Shown: positions 27,804 to 41,185, numbered from the stretch's first letter. The stretch: DNA of 64,000 nt from Eledone cirrhosa (GCA_964016885.1 OZ024747.1:7192001-7256000), one strand, 5' to 3'. The notes: generated by a model not told the origin, from the sequence alone. Translations and numbers: made by a program.

Positions 27804-28003
27804 TTAGGAGTTAGCTGAAAAGTTCATAGGCTGACCAAGATATTCTCATGGAATGACCAAATGAAGTTTACTTTCAACATAGCCCCTGAAAAGAAACAGG
27901 GCAGTTATTAATAAAAAAAAAGAAGTTGAATTTTATGCATACAAGATTTCACAGCTCTAGCATCACTTCATCATCAGCCTATGAACTTTTCAGGTAACAC
28001 ATG
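27804..28003 (-). mobile_element. Mariner-type MITE, inverted relative to 16568-16769
   Basis: Internal sequence is the reverse complement of the first copy. Confidence 0.8.
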
Positions 28004-28265
28004 TATGTATGAATCTGTGTATGTATGTGTGATGATCCCTTCAATTATCCTGATGGTTTTTTTTTTATGCATACACTCTTCTTTTTGTTTTGCTTGTTCC
28101 CTCAACTCTGCCTTATTTTCTACTAAATTCCTTACACAGTTGACCTCTTGACTGCCCATCAGGAAGTGGTAACAGCACACAGCAACAGTCCCCTCCCTTG
28201 GGTCATGCTTTTGTGTATCTTCAACTGTCAGGCCCCTAATGTCTTTTGTTTGTGGTTGCTTCCAG

Positions 28266-28472
28266 GTGAAACCCAGAGAACCAACACCTCTCCCCTCTGT
28301 TGAAGATCCCTTGGTCAAGACAGAACAAACTCATCCTTACGCTGACTACTCTGTCCGTGGTTGTGCTGCTCGTAAAGGCACCAATGCTGGTCGAAGCCGT
28401 AGCACTTCCCTCTGTGGTGACTGTAGTTGCCAAGCAGCCAACCGTTGTCTTCAGGCTGCTCGTAACTCAATA
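28266..28472 (+). CDS. YKT6: Candidate alternative in-frame YKT6 cassette exon (69 aa)
   Basis: cctaat branch-like site, tgcttccAG acceptor, ata|GTATGT donor, 207 nt, phase 0-0, stop-free; non-repetitive with many T-ending codons. Confidence 0.55.
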
Positions 28473-30062
28473 GTATGTTTAACTCTCCAACCCTTGCACG
28501 TAGTTCAGCTCTTCATCTCTCCTACTAGAGTTCTCTGTTATTATCAAGCTTCTCTCTCTCTCACTCTCTTGATTCGTGTTTGTTGGAGCATACTCTGAGC
28601 CTTTCGCTCTTGAGTTATCAAATATTTGTAGCTTAGTAGCTGCTTCTAATTGAGTATAACTGCCACAATTGCTTCCTTTTCAGTATAGTTAAATGACATT
28701 GCTTGGTCTATTCGTCACTGTTGTAGCCAACTCCATTTTGCCTCATTCTAATTGCTTCAAGCCTCTTGCTCTTCTCTCTCATTAGATATGCAATCACCAA
28801 CACGAATAGCCTAATTAATAGCACAACTACAGTCACCAATCTAACTTGAGTACCTGGCTCATCACATCTGCTAAACCTCTAACTTCACTATCTGTCTGAT
28901 AAGTGGTTATCTGCCTCAGCATAGCTAATATATATATTGACTCTGATGATATTCTTCAGTCACTGTCTTGATACCTGCTTCTTATATCTGTTATAGATGA
29001 CCATCCCATCTGGTTACCTGCCTCACCCTAACTACTGTAGATAACCACTTAGACACCTAGCTCACTATATCTATTACTCCCACAATGCCTGTATCTTTGC
29101 TTGGCTAAATGCTATCATTGTTGGTAAAATGTTATCATTTAGGTTAGCTTTTCTCTGTATCTCTGTGTGTGTGTGTGTGTGTCTGTGTGTGATGGGAGAC
29201 AAATTCTCTGGTATTCTAGGAGTCTGTGGTGATATTTACAAATATAAATTTTTTTTTTTACAGAATTTGTGTTTTAACATCCACTAGCATGCTGAGGCAC
29301 TGCAGAACACTTAATCTTTCATGTAGTAATTCAATGTTATGCAAGCTAGTCATTTGACTGACAATCTATATGCTATAGGTCTGCTTGATCAAAGCTGATT
29401 TGGAGCTATATAATAGCAACAACAACAACAATGATGGATGGTTTGTTAGAATTGCTTTCTAATGTTGTCTGCAAGTTCATGAAAGAATTTCAGTTTAGCA
29501 TAGTAAAGTAATGCTGCACACATCATGTGTATGTGTGACAAACTTTACTTCTCTATCATACATATTGGGGCTGTGTTGTATGCTAGTTAGTGTGATGAAC
29601 AGTACAGTGGAGGACAAGCCTTAGACCTATGACACCTATCATCAAAAGCTTATTAGCCATGACCATCATTTTTGTCTTATTTTCAGGCACACTACTCTGG
29701 ACTACATTATTCAGTGTGTCTCCTTTTAAGACAGTGTGTAATTTGAGGGAAATTTGGCTGTTATTTTTAACAGGTGGAGTAACCATATTGATATCCTTAG
29801 TTTTGGAATACTTCTTTGAAGAGAGGGAACTCGCTAAAATTTTGTTTGTTGATGAAATAAAGTACCAGTAGAGTCCTGGGTTCGATTTAATGAACACCCT
29901 CCCCCAAATTACTAGCTTTCTGCCAATATTAGAGAGAATTATATAGAAGTAGTTGTGTTGATAAATGGTAATACTAAATTCTGGTGAATGTCAAAAAGGA
30001 AGCCTCAGTTTATATGAAGTCTATATTATATAGCCAGTACTTTTTCTTTTCTATGTTTATAC

Positions 30063-30093
<31 letters not shown>

Positions 30094-30345
30094 CATGTGT
30101 GAATGTATATATGTGTGTGTGTGTGTGTGTGTTTATATACTTATATGAGAGCCCTCAGTTGTGTCAAAGACTTGACAACCTCTCTTATGTACTGAATGGA
30201 GCGTCGACCATACATAAGTGAGACACAAATCCCTGGCCTGTCGGGGAGATTCAGTGGCTCTACTTCAGTACTGACTTAGTCTATGTAGACTCGTCCAGCC
30301 CTTGATGACATTGATAATGATGTATATACACATATGTATATACAT

Positions 30346-30377
<32 letters not shown>

Positions 30378-30909
30378 ATATACACAGATATACATATTAT
30401 GCAAATGGTGTAAATGTGGTTGGTGTTAAGAAGGGCATCCAGCCGTAGAAAACCTGCCAGATAGTCCTATATGAGCGAGACACCTGACCAATTCCCGTCT
30501 AACCCATGCTACTGTTGAAGATAGACGTTAAACGATGATGATGATATACATACACACACATGTACATATATATATATATACACACACACACATGCATGTA
30601 CATATATATAGGCATATATATATATATATACACACACACACATATATGTGTGTATATATGGGGCTGGGCTTTAATTACTGTTCTCTCTGAGTTGTGAAGA
30701 TGTGCACGTACACAGAAAAAGTTAGATGTCTTGTTTGTGTTTGAAGTGAAGACATACTTTTGCCTGGAATAAGAAAAAAATTGCATAAGAGATGATTTCT
30801 GTGTACAATGTCATCTAGAAATTAAAGGTAGCATTGTATTGAGATGTGTTTTCAACACTTCATCCAAATGTATATCTCTATCTTATATATCTTTCTCTTT
30901 TGTTTGCAG

Positions 30910-30945
30910 GCTCGTAAAACAAACCAATGCTGTACACTGTTGTAA
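30910..30945 (+). CDS. YKT6: YKT6 terminal coding exon (CCaaX lipidation motif)
   Basis: tttgcAG acceptor; ARKTNQCCTLL-stop; the eight exons total 597 nt = 198 aa plus stop. Confidence 0.97.
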   Translation, partial: ARKTNQCCTLL

Positions 30946-31582
30946 CCACCAGAACTGCTGTGCTAGCTCTGATTTGGTAACTGGTGATACTCATCTTCCT
31001 CCAACCACCACCACCACCACCACCACCACTACTACTACTACTATTACTGACTGACTGAAGCTAAATTCATGCTGTCCCTTCTAAACTCTATTTCTTTGCT
31101 CCTCCCTCGCCCTACTGTCTTTACAGTGTAACTACCACCACCACCGTCACCATCACCATCTTTATCATCATCATCTATATTAACCGTTCCGGAACTCTAC
31201 TCTAGTTCTCTCCCTTCCTCTTTGTCGTCTCTCTCTCTCTCTCTCCACCCTTACCCTCCTTCTTTCCCTATTTGTTTCCTATTTTCCCTCTCATTCTTTC
31301 CATTTTCCACCTCTCTCTCTCTCCCCTATCTACCCCATTCTCTCACTCTCTCTCTCCCCCTCTCTCCACACACACACTTGGTCTCTCCCAGCTGTTTATA
31401 TCCCAACATATCTCCATTATTCCTTACACCCTTGCCCCTTCCTCCAGGAATATTCCACAGTTTGTCAAAAGAAAGACAGAAGAAATCAAAGGAAAAAAGA
31501 AAGCAACCAACCAACCAACCAACACTAATGACTGGGCATTAAATATACTAAATATGTGAATCTAATTGACAATAATATATTA

Positions 31583-31605
31583 AATAAATGAATAAGTAAA
31601 ATAAA
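31583..31605 (+). promoter_or_regulatory. Candidate YKT6 polyadenylation signals
   Basis: AATAAA at 31583 and 31600, about 640 nt after the stop; AT-rich context so specificity is low. Confidence 0.35.
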
Positions 31606-32312
31606 AATAATAATAATTTAACACAAATATTACTCCTCCACCTTCTCCTTCTCTAACTCTCAATCATTCACCATCATTATAGTTACCTCACCACCATGTC
31701 ATTGTGACTACCTTGTGGTGTTGGTGGCGGTGGGAGGTAGTAGTAGTGGTGGTGGTGGTGGTGGTGGTGTCTATTGGGGTGAGCCCTACTTGGGCTGTTT
31801 AGTGGAAACTTACAGATCAGTAGAGGATCAACAATGACTCGGTGTATATTTGTGTTGTGTATGATGTGAGAAAATGTAAAGTTAAGACCAACTCAATGTA
31901 CACACGTACACTGCATGTACAATCATGCTAAACACACAAGAATGAATATATATATATATATATATATATATGAATATAGAATATATATATATATACATAT
32001 ATATATGTATGGATATAAAATGTATATAATTATACTATATATATATGGATATAGAATATATATAATTATATCTACTGTGTGTGAATCTAATATAAATTTG
32101 TGTTTGTATTTGTATATATATATCTATAAATATGTGTATGTATGTATATTTATATAAATATATGTATGTATATATATTTATATATATATATATAAATATA
32201 TGTATGTATATATACAACACACATAAATAATTAAAAGTATTTCAAATTTGTCCTTTGTAAGTTTCTGATTATTTTGTTTTAATTATTTATATCTTATTAT
32301 TTACTTCACCAC

Positions 32313-32397
<85 letters not shown>

Positions 32398-32870
32398 AAA
32401 TCTATCACACACACTCCAATCTGTCACTCACTCTCTCTCTCTCTAAAATCTATCACACACACTCCAATCTCTCTCTCTATAAAATCTATCACACACACTT
32501 CTCTCTCTCTAAAATCTATCACACACACTCCAATCTCTCTCTCTATATCACATACTCAATTCTCTCCTATCTGCTACATACACTCCTCTCACATTCTATT
32601 AGATGTACACTCTCTATAATGTTCTGCCCCCCCCCCCCCCCCCCCCCCTCCTATATTCTCTCTCAAATGAATAATCAACACACAAATTCACCAGTACAGA
32701 ATGACAAAAAAAACTTATTGAATTTGAATTTTCAGATTCATCAAACCCATGGTAACTACAGAAATATATACACCCAGAATAACTATCTTTTCTTTTTTAC
32801 AAATGTTTACATTCAAATAAGTATATCGAGTTAGCTTTGCTAGGTTTAGAAATGTTGGCTATGTCATTCT

Positions 32871-33300
32871 TTAACCCTTTTATGACTACATTCCTAATGA
32901 AATACACTCTATTTTAATTAAGAATTTTGAGAGATTTACTAAAATTATTAATTATTTTGTTACTAAGATAGTAACTTAATGTAAGGTTCTTATATGAAAT
33001 TATGTTGGAAGATTTTAATTTAAATTGGAAACCTTTAACCTTTTAGCATTTACATTACTCTATATATATACTATTTATGGTAAACACTTTATCTCACATA
33101 ATATCGAATCTATGAGATTTTGATGTTATTTATTTTGAGAACAATACCTTAACATAAGTATGAGCAGCCGGTTACAATCGATTTGAACAGAAAAGGGATT
33201 TCTGGATGGATATGGCCAGTTTAAATGCTAAAGGGTTAAAATCGGTTTTATTTCATAGAACCAGAGCCATTTCTAGCTGGGCTGGTAACTAAAGGGTTAA
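32871..33300. mobile_element. piggyBac-type MITE family 2 containing a nested family 1 copy (33035-33239)
   Basis: Two concentric pairs of TTAA-CC(C/T)TTT...AAAGGG-TTAA ends. Confidence 0.75.
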
Positions 33301-34349
33301 TAGCAACTATTTCATTCTCAGATTGCTTTGGTACTCTGTTTTTCTTGTTATATTTTAGCTTGGGAATGGTGGGCAGAATTAATTATCTTCATGAAATAAA
33401 CCCCCCAAAAAATTAAATAATTTTGCTTTACAACTCCACAACAGTGCTGCAAATATTGAATGTCAACTATATTCTTTCAAATATTGCAACAATAGAGGTA
33501 CAAAAACTAGTGCATTGTGTTTGTGTGTGTAGTTTGATATATGTTTGTGGTGTGTAAATTACATATTTGAACCAAAAGGTTTTATACAAGCAATCTTTTT
33601 GGTTGACTCTACTCATTGAATTGAGAATATCATCATCATTTAATGTCCACTTTCCCTGCTGGCAAGGATTGGATGTGTCTACATAGACCAAGTCAGTACT
33701 GAAGCAGGGCTACCAACTTCCCAGACAAACTGAAGTGTCTGTATCCAGCTTATGTACAGTCATATCATGTGCAGAAGAGAAGTTGTCTTTTGACACAAAC
33801 TAAAGAGTTCTCCTAACCTGTTTTTTGGCAAGCTTTCTATGGTGGGATGTCCTTAACACCAACCACTTTTGTTGTTTAATCTCGCGTCAGTCTTGATCAA
33901 GCAGACTTACCCATCATCAAAGGTATTCCATCTGTGGCCTTCACATTGTTTCTTGTGTACAAATAACTCAGAACATATCCAAAATATCCAGTTGGCTTGA
34001 AGCTTCCTTTGTGGCCACTTTTTTTCCATCTCTTGGCGTATTTTACCCAATTTTTAAAGTTATTATTTATAGTATAGTAAGTACTGTTACAGTTATTTTC
34101 TGCATCTAGGATTCCCACATTTTAAAATACGAAATTACCCAACACTTCAATAATTTAAACAGTAAAACCCTGCTTAACACTAATTTGTTATAATGCTCTT
34201 TTTTTTTTCTTGAAGACAATATTTTAAGTGGAATAGAACTACTTTATTGAAATAATTGTATGCTAATGTATAATTTATGATTCACACTTCTACATACTTC
34301 CACATATATCTGAATTATTCATACAATTTGTTATCTATTATGAGTGGAA

Positions 34350-34760
34350 AGTAGCAATTTCAAGATGTTGAGAGAAAAAAAAACCATTACACTGCAAATA
34401 TTGAGGTGATTGGAAGCTGGCAAAACTCAAACATATGTGGGGAAATCTTTAAATTTGGCCTCATCAACGATTAGGAAAATACAAATAATAAAACCTGTTA
34501 CCAAGATGACTTCATTTTCATCAAAGAAAGTGACACGATCAAGAAGTAAATTTTGGAAAAATAAAGAGTATCTTTCTAAATGGGTGGACAATGAAACAAA
34601 ACATGGCATTAAGCCAGCTTATAATGCAATAACTAAGGAGCAGCTTCAGACATTTATAAGGTGATATCTTAGAATTCACAGCAAACAGATTAGTTTTAAC
34701 ACTTTTGATACCCATCTGGCCAAAAACCTACTCTGGTTCTATGAAACAAATCCATTTCAT

Positions 34761-34792
<32 letters not shown>

Positions 34793-35830
34793 CCCCTTTC
34801 CAAAAATTGCTGGCCTTGTGCCTTAATCAGATACCATTATTATTATTATTAATTTGCACAGTGATCTTCTTATTAACACTGGATCCTTTAAATGTAAGAC
34901 ACTAAAGAATTCAGAGATAAATATTTGAAATATCACTTTAAAAGATATTTCAAAATTCGAACTGTCTTGGTATTTGAGTGGTACAGCTGCAGGTTATATA
35001 ATTATGTAACTGTCAATTTTAAATGACAGAATTCAATCCCCAACCACCACAAGAAGAAAACTGTTCATTCCCTGTGTTCTTCAGCTTTGCTAGGCTCAGG
35101 CTTTCCAACCATGGTGCCAAACGTTTGTTCTTGGCGTCTTTTTGCTTTAAAGATTCAAATGACATCATATAACCTATACAACATTCTCTATTGAAGCTGC
35201 ATGTGCAGACAATTAGGTAACCAAGAGATTTTCCCAGTTTTTTTTTTTTTTTTAGAGTGTCATTCACCAACTTGTATTCAAGGTAGATGAAACGGGTTTT
35301 TCTGGGCAAGAATGTCATCTTGAACTTTCATCTCCAAAGAAGAAAAACATCCCCTTTGTGTTTGAAGGTCAAAGAGACTGTTTACACTAATATTAGTTGA
35401 TACTTAAGGAGCCTTCATGCTGAAGCTACTGCTGATTTATCATTCAGAAACACCACGACCATTGAAGGAAATATAAATGTATCTGCCTGAGAAATATTCA
35501 TACATTGGTTTTGTTAATACTTTTGTCAAACTGAAAAAATATTGTGAAGAATAAGACCTAAGGCATAACTGGTGACTGATGATATGCCAGGCTCTACCTA
35601 GAATATTCCAAGGTACTGTCAGTGAGTGATAATACACCAGGGCTCATCTAAAATATTCCAAGGTGCTGTCAGTGTGTGATAATACACCACAGCCTCCTAC
35701 AATATTCTAAGATGGTGTCAGCAAGTGATAATTCACCAGGCCCCATACAGAATATTAACACCCTTTCTGTTGGAGTAGTTCACCTAACACCAGATACCAC
35801 TTCCTTACTCCAACCTGTGGATCAACATGA
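34350..35830 (+). pseudogene. Fragmented Tigger/pogo transposase
   Basis: CENP-B-like HTH (VGKSLNLASSTIRKI) at 34.4 kb, VFKVDETG at about 35275, TTSLLQPVDQ at about 35795; many frameshifts and insertions. Confidence 0.7.
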
Positions 35831-36231
35831 AATTTTTAGTTTCAAGTTTTACTAACTTTGTTGCTCTTAGAAACAATTTTTTGGAAAAACAAACCACTGA
35901 GCTAAGTAATCTATCAAGGACCTTTGAAAATAACAAAGGAGTCTGGGATAAAGTAATCAAGAAGTGTTTGGAAGGAGCTATGATCAGAAGCATGCAGTGA
36001 CTTCCTAGTATTTGAGGAGAAATAGTACTTTTGAGCTAAGTAATGAAAGGAGAATGTTAATGTGGAAGATTTGGAGGAGGTAATCGTCATGGTAAAATGT
36101 TATCTGTCAAAGATCAGCAAGAATGACCTCTGCAACACATCCAAAATGAACCTGAAGACCCTACTATAGAATCAGTCGTATGAGAAATTCATACTATTGA
36201 ATTCCTCTGTAATTGTATCACCAATAAGGGT

Positions 36232-36418
36232 GGTGGTGGTTTCGCAGAATCGGTAGAGCGTCAGACACCATGCTTTGCAGCATAGAGTTATGGCTCTTTG
36301 CATTCTGAATTCAAATCCTGCCGAGGTTAACTTTACCTTTCATCCTTACGGGGGTCAATAAAATAAAGTACCAGTAATGCACTGGGGTAATTGCTGGCCT
36401 TGTGCCAAAAGTAGAAAC
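36232..36418 (+). mobile_element. tRNA-derived SINE (family A)
   Basis: Same consensus. Confidence 0.85.
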
Positions 36419-38924
36419 ATTATTTAGAATTACTCTGATTGGGAGGAAAGCTGTATTTTGGACATAATACCTTGCTTCATGAGAGCCCCTAGCCAGTATC
36501 TGGGAGATACAGGGTTCAAGTCCTCATAGCAGCCAATGGCAACATCTTTTTCTGTCTTTAAGGGTCTTCACTCTATTTTATAGCATGAGAAAACCACTCT
36601 CTATAAAATGCATTCTTTGAAAAGCAACCAATGTACAAGGAGAAAGCACAGACTGTCAGATACAACTTTAGTATTATTCCTCATTGTTGCTTCTCAACTA
36701 AATTAATTGTGAGTAGATCTTCACACTTGAGATTAAAGTTAATTGATTTAACCTGGTTCATCATTTTATAACATTAAATCTCAACGACTTAAACTTCATT
36801 TCTGATTACATTATAACGAGAAGATGGAGCATGATATCACATTATGTATGCTTTTATAAGATTATCAAGTACTTAACCCTTTAGCAATTACATTACTTTA
36901 TATATATATTTACTATTGTATTTTCATGGTAAAGGTTTTATTTCACATAATATCGAATCTATGTGATTTTGATATCATATATTTTGAAAACAATACCTTA
37001 ACATCAGTATGAGTGGCCAGTTACGGCTGGTTTAAACAGAAAGAGGTGAGAGAATTCTGCCTGGTTATGGCTGGTTTAAATGCTAAAGGGTTAAAGTCTG
37101 TGACAGAATGTTTCTGAATTATTTTGTTGTTTGGTGATGTCTGTTGTCATTCGTGTGTGTGATGCTATTAAAAATAACCTATCAAGCTGGTATTTCTCAA
37201 CCTATGATATATTAAAGTCACTCCATATAGTGTTGTTTCATTTAGTGTTGCTTTGTTAGGAATACATTTAACCCTTTAGCATTCCCATTACTGGAGGTGC
37301 CACGGCAAAAAAAGCACCCAGCCCACACTGTAAAGTGGACGTGTAGGCGCCACGGAAAAAAAGCACCCAGCACTCACTGTAAATGAGGTTGGTGTTAGGA
37401 AGGGCATCCAGCTGTAGAAATCAAGCCAGAATCAGTTCTGTATGAGCAAGACAAGGTCAGCCGACCAGACACTGCCCACAACAGGACAACCCGTCTAACC
37501 CATGCTAGCGTGGAAGAACGGACGTAAAACAGTGATGATGATGATGGTGATGATTACTCTATATATATTATTATATTTTCACGGTAAAGGCTTTATCTCA
37601 CGTAATATTGAATCTATGAGATTTTGCTAAGTTCAAATCCCGCTGTGGTTAGCTTTGCCTTTCATCCTTACGGGGTCGATAAAATAAAGTACCAGTAATA
37701 CATTGGGGTAATTGTTGGCCTTGTGCCAAAAGTAGAAACAATTATTTATTTTGAGAACAATACTTTAACATCGGTATGAGCAGCCGGTTACAGCCAGTTT
37801 GAACAAAAAGAAGTGCGAGAATTCTGGCCGGTTTAAAGGCTAAAGGGTTAAGACATCAAGTATTACAAAACACACACACACATATATACATACACACACA
37901 CATACATACACACACACACATACAAACACACACATAAAGGAGAGAGCGCATTAGATAATGTAGTCCTAGATACCTCAATAAAAAAAAGACTGGATTGTTA
38001 TGACTGGAAGGCCATTCATTAGAAGCCTGCTTATTCACAACTGATTTGGAGTAAAACAGCAACAACAACACTCAATACTGATTATCTCTTTCTCAAGATT
38101 CAGTTCACAGTTTACCATTAATCAATTAAACAGATCTGATTTCATTCTTCTCTTCTCCTTTTCCATCTTTTTCAAGTAAACCATATATTTTCCTCCCTCT
38201 CCCACCTTTGTGGTATCATTCCAAATTGTTTTAACATATGTGTAGAGTAGAGCTGTAATATATATATATACATGTACAGCTATCTTTGAGTGTAGTAGAG
38301 CTGTCATATATATATATATACATGTACAGCTATCTTTGTGTGTAGTAGAGCTGTCATATATATATATATATACATGTACAGCTATCTTTGTGTGTAGTAG
38401 AGCTGTAGTTGAATATACACACATGTAGCAGCTGTAGTTATATATACACACATGTAGCTGTAGTTATATATACACACATGTACAACTATCTTTGCTTGTG
38501 TGGAGTAGAGCTGTAGCTATATATACACACATGTAGCTGTAGCTATATATACACACATGTAGCTGTAGCTATATATACATGTACAGCTATCTTTGCTTAA
38601 CTGTTTCATTCACTCAAATACTCATTCATGCAATCAGTGTAAATCTTTCAGTCTGTGAATGAGAAATTATAATCCATTGTTATCAATGATTTTTGATTTT
38701 GCTACTCACTTGCTCTCTCTCTGTACATAGTATGTGTGTAATGTGTAATGTGTATGAATGGTTGAATGTGTGTGACTGTGTATATAAATACATGTATCTG
38801 TATATACATACATACGTACATATATATTTATACATACATACTCATACACACACACACACACATACATATATATATATCATCATCACCATTTAATGTCCAT
38901 GTTCCATGCTAGCATGGGATAGAT

Positions 38925-39250
38925 TTACAGTGTGGGGCCGTGCCTCTCTATGGCCATAATCTACAGAGACACCTTTATGCCATTAGATGGTTTCTAGAGG
39001 AACTATATGGTCCTAACAGCCAATGAGTTCAAGGGTAGATTTACCCAGCATGTACACTCATTTAAGTGCTGGAACAGGGAGAACTGTATTGCCCTGTTTA
39101 CTTTTATATAAAGGCTCCATAAGCAAGGGCACAACACCCCCAGCATCAAATGGTGCATTCTAGACAGAGCCCACCATACTGCCCTGGGGGATACAACTGT
39201 CAACTCTGCCACAACAACCTACAATAGCCATCAACAGGAAATCTGACCTA
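38925..39250 (+). mobile_element. Degenerate Penelope-like element GIY-YIG endonuclease fragment
   Basis: Piecewise translation NEFKGRFTQH..SF ... PSIKWCILDRA.. ... CQLC matches the C-terminal endonuclease signature of Penelope/Naiad elements; frameshifted. Confidence 0.55.
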
Positions 39251-39778
39251 AACACTTTGCTGCCACCAGAGAAACACCCGGTTAACCAACTAGACCTGGA
39301 CATCCAGCCAAGACCTCTTTAACCCTTTAGCATTTAAACCAGCCATATCCGGCCAGAATTCTCTCACTTCTTTCTGTTCAAACTGGCTGTAACTGACCAC
39401 TAATACTGACGTTAAGGTATTGTTCTCAAATAAATAATAACAAAATGTTATAGATTCGATATTATGTGAGGTAAAGCCCTTACTGTGAATAGTATATGTA
39501 GAGTAAACTCAAGTGTAGATGTGGGGAAAACAGCTTAAACCAGCATGACACCTACTAAAAGTCACCGCAAACATCAATTGAACATTTATCCCACCAGCAA
39601 CATTGCATACACAGAGGGAAACCCACCAGACACACTGAGAGTCACTAAGGAGCCAATGTTAGCAGATTCTACAGGAATAAATGATGCCACTAAAATACAA
39701 ACTTCCTCATGCTGCCAACCACTTACCACCACCACCACCACCACCACCACATCTCAACTAACTAATGGTGACATTAGG

Positions 39779-39966
39779 GGCGGTGGATTGGCAGTATCGG
39801 TAGTGGGGTCGGGCACCATGCTTTGACGCATAGAATTACGGCCCTTGCCATTCTCAGTTCAAATCCTGCCGAGATTAACTTTGCCTTTCATCCTTATGGG
39901 GTCGATAAAATAAAGTACCAGTAATGTACTGGGGTAATTGCTGGCCTTGTGCCTAAAAGTAGAAAC
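39779..39966 (+). mobile_element. tRNA-derived SINE (family A), near full length
   Basis: GGCGGTGGATTGGCAGTATCGG...CAGTTCAAATCC...AGTAGAAAC. Confidence 0.88.
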
Positions 39967-40074
39967 AATTGTTATAAATGTCTGACTGACTAGCAATGTC
40001 TTTACATGTCATTGTAATCAGGTGAGTAGAAACAATTATTATCATGACTATATATATGTATATATATATATGTA

Positions 40075-40509
<435 letters not shown>

Positions 40510-40616
40510 GGTGTTAGGAAGGGCATCCAGCCGTAGAAAACCTGCCAGATAGTCCTATATGAGCAAGACACGGTCACCCGACCAGCCTTGCTTCAAGTGG
40601 AAAATGGACGTTAAAC

Positions 40617-40654
<38 letters not shown>

Positions 40655-41108
40655 CTCCCAAACCCCATTCTCTGCCCTGTTTACCTTTCTTACAATATAC
40701 CTGTTAATACAAATACTAAATTTCCACATGATCTGTTGATTGCTCTTTTCTTTTGCTTCTACTCCCAACTATGTATATATATATGTGTGTGTTTGTGTGT
40801 GAGGGTATATATATATATATATGTATATATACCCTCACACACACACACATATATATATATATAGGTAGAACACTGGAAGGTAATATCCGTAGTGGCAGAG
40901 CACTCAGTCCATGGGACGAGTTAGGTAACCACTTCTATATATATATATATACAGTATATATACCCTGATACATAAACACATACACAGTCTAACCCATGCT
41001 AGCGTGGAAAGTGGACGTTAAACGAGGACGAGGATATATATATACACACAGTTGGGACTACAAGCTAAAGAAAAGAGCAATCAACACACACATACACACA
41101 TATATATA

Positions 41109-41185
<77 letters not shown>

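Noticed and set aside
29583-29897. Hydrophobic 80-aa ORF resembling a membrane protein
   Set aside because: Reverse complement of a dispersed repeat also seen near 9920, 14020 and 21500-21660.
39779-39870. A/B boxes suggesting tRNA genes
   Set aside because: They are SINE heads; no cloverleaf and they continue into SINE body sequence.
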